Assembly: GCF_000018105.1 (NCBI RefSeq)
Contig: NC_009933.1
Location: 30,001-62,000, forward strand
DNA: 32,000 nt
Direction of reading: 5' to 3'
Source of the DNA: Acaryochloris marina MBIC11017
GTDB lineage: Bacteria; Cyanobacteriota; Cyanobacteriia; Thermosynechococcales; Thermosynechococcaceae
A model generated the notes under the pieces. It did no database searches. It was not told the DNA's origin and saw nothing but the letters and a program-made list of their open reading frames with translations. A program made the position numbers and the translations under genes. Below are positions 17,609 through 25,900 of this stretch, piece by piece (within the stretch, counting starts at the first letter, position 1; every line of letters starts with the position of its first letter).

Positions 17609-19282
17609 ATGACAGCCTACCCACCTGTACGAGATTTTGCTGAACGTTTGAATCAAGCTAATGAGATTCGAGATCTTACTCGCGATGATGCCTCAAATGA
17701 TTTTTCAACTGAACAACCGCCGACGAATGATGATGAAGCTAGATTCAAGCAACTTGGATTGCCAGGTTTCGCCTCTTTTACTAAAGCTTTAGGTCATCAA
17801 GATAATGGATTGGTTCAAGAGCAGTCCTTTAACTCGTTACTAACAGCAATTCAGGAAGGTACCCAAATAGCATTCGAAGGTGTTCAGTTGGGAGGTGGCA
17901 TCCGAAAACTTGCGAATCCTCTGAATGCTTTTTCGTTCCAATTGATTGGAAATGATTCTCATGGAGCAAGAATGGCTGCAGCACCATCCTTCTCTAGCAG
18001 GAACTCAGCAGTTGATTTGGTAGAGCGATATTGGATGGCGCTCTGTCGTGATATCCCTTTTGATCAGTATTTTTTAAGTCCGTTGATTGCTGATGCTTGT
18101 GAAGATCTGAACAACCTCGGATTTGAACAGGAATTTGGATTTACCTGTACCCCTCAGACTATCTTCAGAGGCCCATATACTGGATGTGACATAGGTCCTC
18201 ACGTTTCCCAGTTTCTCCTCCAAGATTTTGATTTCGGAAATCAACCTATTCGGCAGCTTCAACGCTATCCGCAAGAGGGGCTTGATTACCTCACTGACTT
18301 TGATGGTTGGTTTCAGGTGAATAATGGCAATATTGATCCCACTGGAACTGATTTCTTAGTGGGTGAACGCCGCATCATCACCCTGAGAGATGCTGGTCAA
18401 TGGGTTCACATCGATTTCCCTTACCAATCAGCTCTTTGGTCTACTATTATTTTGCTTGGATTAGGTGCTGAAATATCCGAGGCGAGTCCCTACGCCAATG
18501 GGGATATTCGTTCTTCTGAACCTTTTGGTAGCTTGGGTGGTCCAGATGTGACTATTCAGCCTGCTTTAGCAGCGGTATATGCTCTAAAACATGCATGGTT
18601 CCAAAAGTGGTGTGTTCATCGTCGTCTCAGGCCAGAAGTTTATGCCCAACGCTTAGAGCTGTTCCGTAGAGGTCTATTAGAACCCACTGCCAGTGATCCG
18701 CTTAACAACGGTTTATTTAATCAACTATTTGGTGCTGGAGCAGATGTATGGAGACAGACTCAAGTATTAGAACGCATCTTGGAGCACAACAAGATGCAGA
18801 ATCAGGTTAATTTTAGAACTGATCCAGAGGGAACCTGGTTGCTACCTATTGCTTTTCCGGAGGGCTCTCCAACTCATCCAGCTTATCCAGGTGGGCATTC
18901 TGCATTTGTTGCTGCTGCGGCAACCACTGCAAAAGCTTTGTTTCAAGATGCTCCTTTCCCTAATCCAGTGATCCCAACGAGCAATGGTCAAGGATTAGTT
19001 CCTTACACTGGACCAGCTTTAACGATTCATGGTGAGCTGAATAAGCTAATTGCTAATATCACTCTTTTCCGTGATGGAGCTGGAATGCATTGGCGAACTG
19101 ACGGTACTGCATCAGGTATTAATACTCCACCAGATCGAATGGGTGTAGGAATTCCAACTGGTGGGAATCTATTGGGCGAAATGCTAGCAGTCAGTATGCT
19201 CAGGGATATCAAACGTACATATCGTGAAGAACTTGGTCTCTTTAAGTTTCAAGGACTTGATGGTGGCCCGATTGAGATTTAG
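17609..19282 (+). CDS. vanadium-dependent haloperoxidase-like enzyme (PAP2/acid-phosphatase superfamily)
   Basis: All three vanadate/phosphate-site motifs are present: K-x7-RP (KWCVHRRLRP), HPAYPGGHS (Ser-Gly-His) and R-x5-H..D (RDGAGMHWRTD). I prefer ATG 17609 (MTAYPP..., preceded by AGGGAAAATT) to ATG 17573. Confidence 0.85.
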   Translation: MTAYPPVRDFAERLNQANEIRDLTRDDASNDFSTEQPPTNDDEARFKQLGLPGFASFTKALGHQDNGLVQEQSFNSLLTAIQEGTQIAFEGVQLGGGIRKLANPLNAFSFQLIGNDSHGARMAAAPSFSSRNSAVDLVERYWMALCRDIPFDQYFLSPLIADACEDLNNLGFEQEFGFTCTPQTIFRGPYTGCDIGPHVSQFLLQDFDFGNQPIRQLQRYPQEGLDYLTDFDGWFQVNNGNIDPTGTDFLVGERRIITLRDAGQWVHIDFPYQSALWSTIILLGLGAEISEASPYANGDIRSSEPFGSLGGPDVTIQPALAAVYALKHAWFQKWCVHRRLRPEVYAQRLELFRRGLLEPTASDPLNNGLFNQLFGAGADVWRQTQVLERILEHNKMQNQVNFRTDPEGTWLLPIAFPEGSPTHPAYPGGHSAFVAAAATTAKALFQDAPFPNPVIPTSNGQGLVPYTGPALTIHGELNKLIANITLFRDGAGMHWRTDGTASGINTPPDRMGVGIPTGGNLLGEMLAVSMLRDIKRTYREELGLFKFQGLDGGPIEI

Positions 19283-19365
19283 TTCTATTGCTAGCCTTCC
19301 AAAAGTAATCAATAGAATCAAATAAATGCCAACTTGCTCCCCATAATCTCAAAACCGAGTTTCAA

Positions 19366-19394
19366 ACCCCTTCACCTGACTGAAGGGGTATTTT
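19366..19394. terminator. candidate bidirectional intrinsic terminator between convergent genes
   Basis: There is a perfect 8-bp stem CCCCTTCA (19366-19373) / TGAAGGGG (19380-19387) with a 6-nt loop. TATTTTA follows on the + strand and TTTGA on the - strand. It lies 84 nt after the haloperoxidase stop. Confidence 0.5.
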
Positions 19395-19531
19395 AGGAGT
19401 TATTTCTACTCCAAATAATACTCATTATCTGTATTACACGAAAACTTACACTAAAAAAAGACTGTTTCACTCTAGACTCTGGAATTCTTGCTACGACTGA
19501 CTTTTGGATTTCTGATGTTTGCTGGGGCTAG

Positions 19532-21547
19532 CTAGAGCAATGACTCTAAGTTATTCCGGATAACCAAAGTGGTAGGATGCTCAGGACCCAAGGCGACCTC
19601 TGCGATACTTAAAGCTTGCTGAAAGTCAGAAATAGCTTCTTCATAACGCCCTTGGTTGTCGTAGAGGAATGCCAAGTTATTGAGGCTACGAGCGACATCG
19701 GGGTGTTCGCTGCCCAAGAGCTTCTGACTCATTTCTAACGCTTGCACATAGAGCGGTTCGGCTTCTGTGTATCGTCCTTGCTCGTAGTAGAGGAATGCCA
19801 GGTTATTGAGGCTAGTGGCAACAGAGGGGTGTTCGCTACCCAAGAGCTTCTGTCTCATCTCCAACGCTTGCACATAAAGCGGTTCGGCTTCGCTGTACCG
19901 TCCTTGGTTTTTGTAGAGTACTGCCAAGTTATTGAGGCTCGTTGCGACTAAGGGGTGTTCGCTGCCCAAGAGCTTCTGACTCATCTCCAACGCCTGCACA
20001 TAAAGCGGTTCGGCTTCGCTGTACCGTCCTTGTTTTTTGTATAGTAATGCCAGGTTATTGAGGCTAAGAGCGACATCGGAGTGTTCGCTACCCAAGAGCT
20101 TCTGTCTCATCTCCAACGCTTGCACATAGAGGGGTTTGGCTTCTGTGTATCGTCCTTGGTTGTCGTAGAGTGCTGCCAGGTTATTGAGGCTACGAGCGAC
20201 ATCGGGGTGTTCGCTGCCCAAGAGCTTCTTTTGCATCTCCAACGCTTGCACATAGAGCGGTTCTGCTTCTGTGTAGCGCCCTTGCTCGTCGTAGAGGAAT
20301 GCCAGGTTATTGAGGCTACGAGCGACATCGGGGTGTTCGCTGCCCAATCTCTGTCGAGTTTGTTCTAAGCACTTTTGTCTCCAGGGCAGAGCTAATCCAT
20401 AGTTCCCCTGCCCTTCATAGAATCGACTGATGCCAACATAGGGCCATGTCAATTCACCGTCATTTAGTGAGTCAATCCGTTGATTGATCAGTTCCTCTAA
20501 GTGAGGAATTTTTGCAGTCATCTGGGCAATCACTTCAGTCGTTAGACTGTAATCAATCTCTTGAGCTGCAACTACCATTCCTCTGCAATAGGCTGCTTTA
20601 AGAGATTCCCCCTGATCAGGACGCTGATGTAATTGAATCCGAAAGTACTCCTGAACAATTTGATGGAGCTGGTAAGTACCCTGGTCTACTCGTTTGAGTA
20701 AGTTTCTAGCGATTAAACCTTTATCTCTGGTGTCTTCTAAGTCATCTGGATCCTGTTCAGATAGGCAGCTTTCAACCAAGGTCCAAGGAATAGGAGCAAC
20801 CGCAAACATCCCTAGAAAGCAGGCCAGTTCTTCTTCTGTCTCACTCAACTCTACCCAGCTTAATTCCAACGCAGCAGCGACTCCAAACTGTGCGGTCATT
20901 CCTGATTCTCTTTCTGTCAGTGCTTTAGCATCAAGCCGCTTGGATTCAAGTCGCTTAATCAATTTATGGAGGGACCAGTCGGGCTTATTGGCTAGATACC
21001 GCCCCACTAACTCTAGTCCCAAGGGCAAGTTCCCCACCCATCTGCATAAGGCTTGGGCATCGTCGAGCTGAGGATCAATGCGCTTGGCTCCAACTAAGGT
21101 TCTCAGTAGGAATAAGGCACTGGTATCATTCAGTTCGGTGATGGAGAGGGGATTTACGGATAGACCTAAATTCTGACGGGTAGTGATTAGAACTTTATAC
21201 CGTGGGTCTGATGGCGGTAAATACGGTTCGATGGTCTCAAGGTCCATCACGTCATCAAAAATGATCAGCACTTTTCCAGCCGGCCATTGCCCCCAGATAT
21301 AACTCACTTGTTGGTCTTCATCGAGTCCATCCGGTAGAGCCAGTGCCAACTTGGTCCGGGCAAATTCGATAATTTGGGCAGCTAGCTCCTGGCCTTTCAC
21401 TCGCAGCCAGCAGAGTCCACCCAAATAATGACCCAGATTGAGCTGGGAGATGGCATATTGCAGGGCAAGTTCTGTCTTTCCGATCCCACCCATGCCTGCT
21501 AAGGCGGTGAGGGCTACCGGGTTGTTCTTTTGGAGGAGCTGGTGCAA
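19532..21547 (-). CDS. NB-ARC (AP-ATPase/STAND) NTPase with C-terminal TPR array; N-terminally incomplete as an independent ORF
   Basis: Motifs seen are Walker A GMGGIGKT, Walker B LIIFDDV, LITTRQ, GNLPLGL, then at least 7 kinesin-light-chain-type TPRs. The only candidate initiator is TTG 21547, directly before the P-loop lead-in. The frame stays open upstream to 21757 with no ATG/GTG/TTG (see findings). Confidence 0.85.
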   Translation of the reverse strand: MHQLLQKNNPVALTALAGMGGIGKTELALQYAISQLNLGHYLGGLCWLRVKGQELAAQIIEFARTKLALALPDGLDEDQQVSYIWGQWPAGKVLIIFDDVMDLETIEPYLPPSDPRYKVLITTRQNLGLSVNPLSITELNDTSALFLLRTLVGAKRIDPQLDDAQALCRWVGNLPLGLELVGRYLANKPDWSLHKLIKRLESKRLDAKALTERESGMTAQFGVAAALELSWVELSETEEELACFLGMFAVAPIPWTLVESCLSEQDPDDLEDTRDKGLIARNLLKRVDQGTYQLHQIVQEYFRIQLHQRPDQGESLKAAYCRGMVVAAQEIDYSLTTEVIAQMTAKIPHLEELINQRIDSLNDGELTWPYVGISRFYEGQGNYGLALPWRQKCLEQTRQRLGSEHPDVARSLNNLAFLYDEQGRYTEAEPLYVQALEMQKKLLGSEHPDVARSLNNLAALYDNQGRYTEAKPLYVQALEMRQKLLGSEHSDVALSLNNLALLYKKQGRYSEAEPLYVQALEMSQKLLGSEHPLVATSLNNLAVLYKNQGRYSEAEPLYVQALEMRQKLLGSEHPSVATSLNNLAFLYYEQGRYTEAEPLYVQALEMSQKLLGSEHPDVARSLNNLAFLYDNQGRYEEAISDFQQALSIAEVALGPEHPTTLVIRNNLESLL
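19592..20347 (-). repeat. six tandem 126-bp (42-codon) TPR-encoding units, highly similar at nucleotide level
   Basis: The unit is LGSEHPDVARSLNNLAFLYDEQGRYTEAEPLYVQALEMQKKL. Differences among the five full near-identical units cluster at unit positions 6, 7, 10, 17, 20 and 21, with minor changes at 26, 29 and 39-40. Confidence 0.85.
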
Positions 21548-21696
21548 TTCCAGCAGCGTTTGGTCACGACCGACAAATTCAACGACACCGCTGCGAGGGA
21601 GGTTATGAGGAGGACTTGCCTGCCGGGATGATGGTGCTTCTTGTCCCTGATATGGATGACTCTCCGTTGGTGGACTGTGCCCTGACGAAGAGGTGT

Positions 21697-21706
21697 CTAC
21701 TTTTTT
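21697..21706 (-). other. candidate -1 frameshift / homopolymer slippage site A_AAA_AAG followed by TAG
   Basis: The - strand reads ACA AAA AAG TAG. The + strand has CTTTTTT at 21700-21706 and CTA at 21697-21699. The NB-ARC-TPR frame is exactly -1 relative to the CHAT-TIR frame here. Confidence 0.5.
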
Positions 21707-22794
21707 GTCAGGGTCTCTACCGCCCTCCGTATTCCATTGACAACATCCAAGAATGCTTCATCGCGATTGGTCCATTGCGTTACAGGTTTCGCATTTTTCG
21801 GCAATCCCTGAAGTTTACTGAAGGGGGAACCTAACCAATCACAAGGACGCAAAATAATAGGAATGACTTGGGCTGTACCTTCATCATGGCGGGCAATCGC
21901 TCTTTGCATCTCAATGTCGTAGCAATAGTCAGACGCGATAAAGTCCGGGCTGACCAGTAGCAAAATCATTTGAGCGGATTCTAGCTTGCTGTCGATTTGA
22001 GATTTCCATTCCTCCCCTGCTTCAATCGCCCGATCATGCCAAGCTGCAATTTTCCCCTGGCGTTTCAGATTGGCAAGATGGGTGACTAACTCTTCTCGCA
22101 AATCATCGTCTTTATGGGAATAGGAAATAAAGACCTTTAAGGGGTCATCGGCGTCTGGAATCATGGGAGAAGGTGCGGGTGTTGGAGGCGTTTGAGCCTT
22201 GGGTTGATCCTGATCCTTAGTTTCCTCTGTAGTGGGCTTTTTGATCAGAATGGGGGTGAGATGTTCTTCAATGCCTTCCAAGCGGATGGCAGCACAACCC
22301 AACTTGAAGGCAAACTCCACATCTCGTCCAGAACCGAGGGCATCATAGAATCCCACGGCAAAGGAGATCGCCGCTTTATCCTGGATCGCCCGTTTCATCC
22401 CGATCACATAGGGAATATGTTCTGAGATGGCCTTTGCCTGCACCTCGGTATAGCAACCATTGAGGACCACACAGCGCAGTTGATCGGCAAACAGACTAAA
22501 CAGGTCTGCAATTGCTTCACCACTGACCAACTGGGTGTTGCCACTGACATCCTCAAAGACCAAGCCCTCATCCCCTTCCCCATGCCCTGAGAAATGAACG
22601 ATCTGGGGATTTAGATCCAGCATGGCCCGCTGAATATCACGGGGGCGAACTGCCAGGCGCTGTTCAAGCTGGAACTCATCTCGATGTTGTGCCCGCTTCA
22701 AACCCTCATCAATATCCCTCAACTCCTGATCCAATCGAAGAGGCTGAGTATCTTTGGGATTCGCAGCGAGAAAGAGAATGGTTTGGGCAGTCAT
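21697..22794 (-). CDS. CHAT-like (caspase-fold) domain + TIR domain protein
   Basis: The N-terminal ~190 aa has the His/Cys dyad context IVHFSGHG ... VVLNGCYT and a CHAT-like tail (YVIGM..I.D.AAI.FA.GFY.AL). A Pro-rich linker follows. The TIR domain reads KVFISYSHKDD...LLLVSPDFIASDYCYDIEMQRA. I prefer ATG 22794 (MTAQTILFLAANP), which aligns with the N-terminus of the paralogue at 26810; the ORF-track start is 22887. Confidence 0.85.
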   Translation of the reverse strand: MTAQTILFLAANPKDTQPLRLDQELRDIDEGLKRAQHRDEFQLEQRLAVRPRDIQRAMLDLNPQIVHFSGHGEGDEGLVFEDVSGNTQLVSGEAIADLFSLFADQLRCVVLNGCYTEVQAKAISEHIPYVIGMKRAIQDKAAISFAVGFYDALGSGRDVEFAFKLGCAAIRLEGIEEHLTPILIKKPTTEETKDQDQPKAQTPPTPAPSPMIPDADDPLKVFISYSHKDDDLREELVTHLANLKRQGKIAAWHDRAIEAGEEWKSQIDSKLESAQMILLLVSPDFIASDYCYDIEMQRAIARHDEGTAQVIPIILRPCDWLGSPFSKLQGLPKNAKPVTQWTNRDEAFLDVVNGIRRAVETLTKK

Positions 22795-22928
22795 GATGGC
22801 AGGGCAGATACATTCGGGCAGGGATAGTGGAACGCTCAATGATTGAAATGCGACGTGGATAGCCTGCGGTTCTGGAGAACACCCCAAACTTTGAGGCAGG
22901 AATTGAAGGGAGATTAGAACGGTTTAAG

Positions 22929-25900
22929 TCATGAGATGACCTCCCCACCGCCTGAAAAGCTGGGTCCTTCTAGCCGCAGAAAGTAAAGCTGTCCCCCAGC
23001 ATCTCCAGCAATGATGGTGCGACCATCTAGGGCAATCTCACAACATTGAAATCCGCCTTCTCCGGTGAAACTCATCACTTCCATGCCCGTCGCCAGGTCC
23101 CACACCTTCAGGGTCTTGTCCCAAGACCCGGAGACCACGGTTTGGCCATCCGGGCTGATGCTCACGCCAGTGACAGAGTCAGTATGGCCTGTGAGGGTGT
23201 GCTGCTCCTCGCCCGTCGCCAGGTCCCACACCTTCAGGGTCTTGTCCCAAAACCCGGAGACCACGGTTTGGCCATCCGGGCTGATGCTCACACTCCTGAC
23301 AGAGACAGTATGTCCTGTGAGGGTGCGCTGCTCCTCGCCCGTCGCCAGGTCCCACACCTTCAGGGTCTTGTCACTAGACCCGGAGACCACGGTTTGGCCA
23401 TCCGGGCTGATGCTCACGCCATAGACAGAGTTAGTATGTCCTGTGAGGGTGCGCTGCTCCTCGCCCGTCGCCAGGTCCCACACCTTCAGGGTCTTGTCCC
23501 AAGACCCGGAGACCACGGTTTGGCCATCCGGGCTGATGCTCACGCCCTCGACAGGGGAAGTATGTCCTGTGAGGGTGCGCTGCTCCTCGCCCGTCGCCAG
23601 GTCCCACACCTTCAGGGTCTTGTCCAAAGACCCGGAGACCACGGTTTGGCCATCCGGGCTGATGCTCACGCCATAGACAGAGTTAGTATGTCCTGTGAGG
23701 GTGCGCTGCTCCTCGCCCGTCGCCAGGTCCCACACCTTCAGGGTCTTGTCACTAGACCCGGAGACCACGGTTTGGCCATCCGGGCTGATGCTCACGCCAT
23801 AGACAGAGTTAGTATGTCCTGTGAGGGTGCGCTGCTCCTCGCCCGTCGCCAGGTCCCACACCTTCAGGGTCTTGCCCCAAGACGCGGAGACCACGGTTTG
23901 GCCATCGGGGCTGATGCTCACGCCAGTGACAGTGGATGTATGTCCTGTGAGGGTGCGCTGCTCCTCGCCCGTCGCCAGGTCCCACACCTTCAGGGTATGG
24001 TCATAAGACGCGGAGACCACGGTTTGGCCATCCGGGCTGATGCTCACGCCAGTGACAGAGTCAGTATGGCCTGTGAGGGTGTGCTGCTCCTCGCCCGTCG
24101 CCAGGTCCCACACCTTCAGGGTATGGTCATAAGACGCGGAGACCACGGTTTGGCCATCCGGGCTGATGCTCACGCCCTCGACAGGGGAAGTATGTCCTGT
24201 GAGGGTGCGCTGCTCCTGGCCCGTCGCCAGGTCCCACACCTTCAGGGTATTGTCCAAAGACCCGGAGACCACGGTTTGGCCATCGGGGCTGATGCTCACG
24301 CCATAGACAGAGTTAGTATGTCCTGTGAGGGTGCGCTGCTCCTCGCCCGTCGCCAGGTCCCACACCTTCAGGGTCTTGTCCCAAGACCCGGAGACCACGG
24401 TTTGGCCATCCGGGCTGATGCTCACGCCCTCGACAGGGGAAGTATGTCCTGTGAGGGTGCGCTGCTCCTCGCCCGTCGCCAGGTCCCACACCTTCAGGGT
24501 ATTGTCCAAAGACCCGGAGACCACGGTTTGGCCATCCGGGCTGATGCTCACGCCCTCGACAGGGGAAGTATGTCCTGTGAGGGTGCGCTGCTCCTCGCCC
24601 GTCGCCAGGTCCCACACCTTCAGGGTATGGTCATAAGACGCGGAGACCACGGTTTGGCCATCGGGGCTGATGCTCACGCCCCTGACATTGGATGTATGTC
24701 CGCTGAGGGTGCGCACTAATGCTCCCCCCGCTTGGTTGAGGTGGGGGAATAGACACCGTATCCAGCACTCTTCCGGTCCCTGAGCTAAAGATTGAGTCAA
24801 AGCGGTCACATCCGGTGAGTCTTGACTCAACAAACGCCCATAGAGCTGACTGCGAAGCTGCTCAGGATGCTGATTTAAGACATGGCTAGATAACCGCAAC
24901 CCACTTTGGACGATGTTTAGGTCTTTGTCCTTGGGTAACGTTTCATAGTCCAATAGCAGCGCATTGATATCGGTGATTCTCAACTTGCGTTGCATCCAGC
25001 GATAATCCAAAAGTAATTGGCGTAACTCATCGGTGCGTTCTGCCTGCTTGAGGTGATGGGCCAAATGTTCATAGAAATATCCATCCTTCGGTCCCTTATG
25101 CCACCCTTCTAAACAGCTCTGCTGATAAGCCTCCAAAAGTTGCTGATGCAATGCCCCCTTGTTGGCCCGCTGGGCTTGTAAATAATCCTGCTGTAAGTCA
25201 TGGAGGCTGACTTGCCGCTGGGGATAGTCCCCCTCTAGCCGCAGCATGCCTTTCCTCGATAAGGTTGTTAGGATTTTGCCCGCATCTCGCTCCTTTAATG
25301 CTCCGGTATATTGCCATAGACGAACAATGACTGCTTCAGGAATCAATTCATCGGCTGGAAACACTGCCAGTTCTTGATACCGTTCTGCAGCGATGGGGTT
25401 GGTTTCTGCTAAGACCGTTGCACTGATATGCAGGGCTTTGAAAACATCGGGGTAGGGATAATGACTGAATTGTTCTTGGATAAATTCAAGATCTGAATCT
25501 TGTAAAGCACTGAGAACATGAGGCCAAGGGGTTAAATCCCGCACCATTGCACCGCATTGGGCTAGGGCTAAGGGCAAATTTCCACATTCTTTCGCTACCG
25601 CCTGGGCTTGGGAAGGCAAATCTGAGATGGGGACACCCACCCAGGCAGCTAATAACTCTAACGCCTGGTCATCGTTGAGTACCGACAGGGAAAAGTCAGT
25701 GGCCCCTAATCTTGTGATTAATCCTGAGTCACGGGTTGTTACCACCAAGGTACTTTGATGTCCCAGAACATTGAAGACTTCAGCATCAGCGATGCGCCAG
25801 ACATCATCTAGAATCAATAGACTTTGGCGTCCTTGCCATAGGATTTGAAGTCGATTTTTTCCTTCATTGATATCTTCAAATACCTGGCGTTCTCCACAGA

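Noticed and set aside
19742-21071. + strand ORFs 19742..19951, 20081..20368 and 20694..21071, and - strand ORF 20107..20328
   Set aside because: They overlap the NB-ARC-TPR gene in other frames and are repeat-derived or low-complexity (Ser-rich). There is no independent support.
22795-22948. N-terminal extension of the CHAT-TIR ORF to 22887, and the overlapping ORF 22709..22948
   Set aside because: The extension (MGCSPEPQAIHVAFQ...) has no counterpart in the paralogue, whose protein starts right at the conserved ILFLA(A/S)NP strand. ATG 22794 gives the homologous start and a sensible 134-nt intergenic gap.
19592-24707. Regular 126-bp periodic repeats that could superficially suggest a CRISPR or other non-coding array
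   Set aside because: There are no unique spacers between the repeats. The units are contiguous, in frame and encode canonical TPR and WD40 motifs, so these are coding tandem repeats and not CRISPR.
23046-24719. 557-aa + strand ORF, plus several 60-119-aa + and - strand ORFs, inside the WD40 repeat region
   Set aside because: They are antisense or out-of-frame to a well-supported WD40 coding array. The open frames are a by-product of 13 near-identical 126-bp units that happen to lack stops. The translations are low-complexity repeats (ARRQVPHLQGLV...) with no domain.
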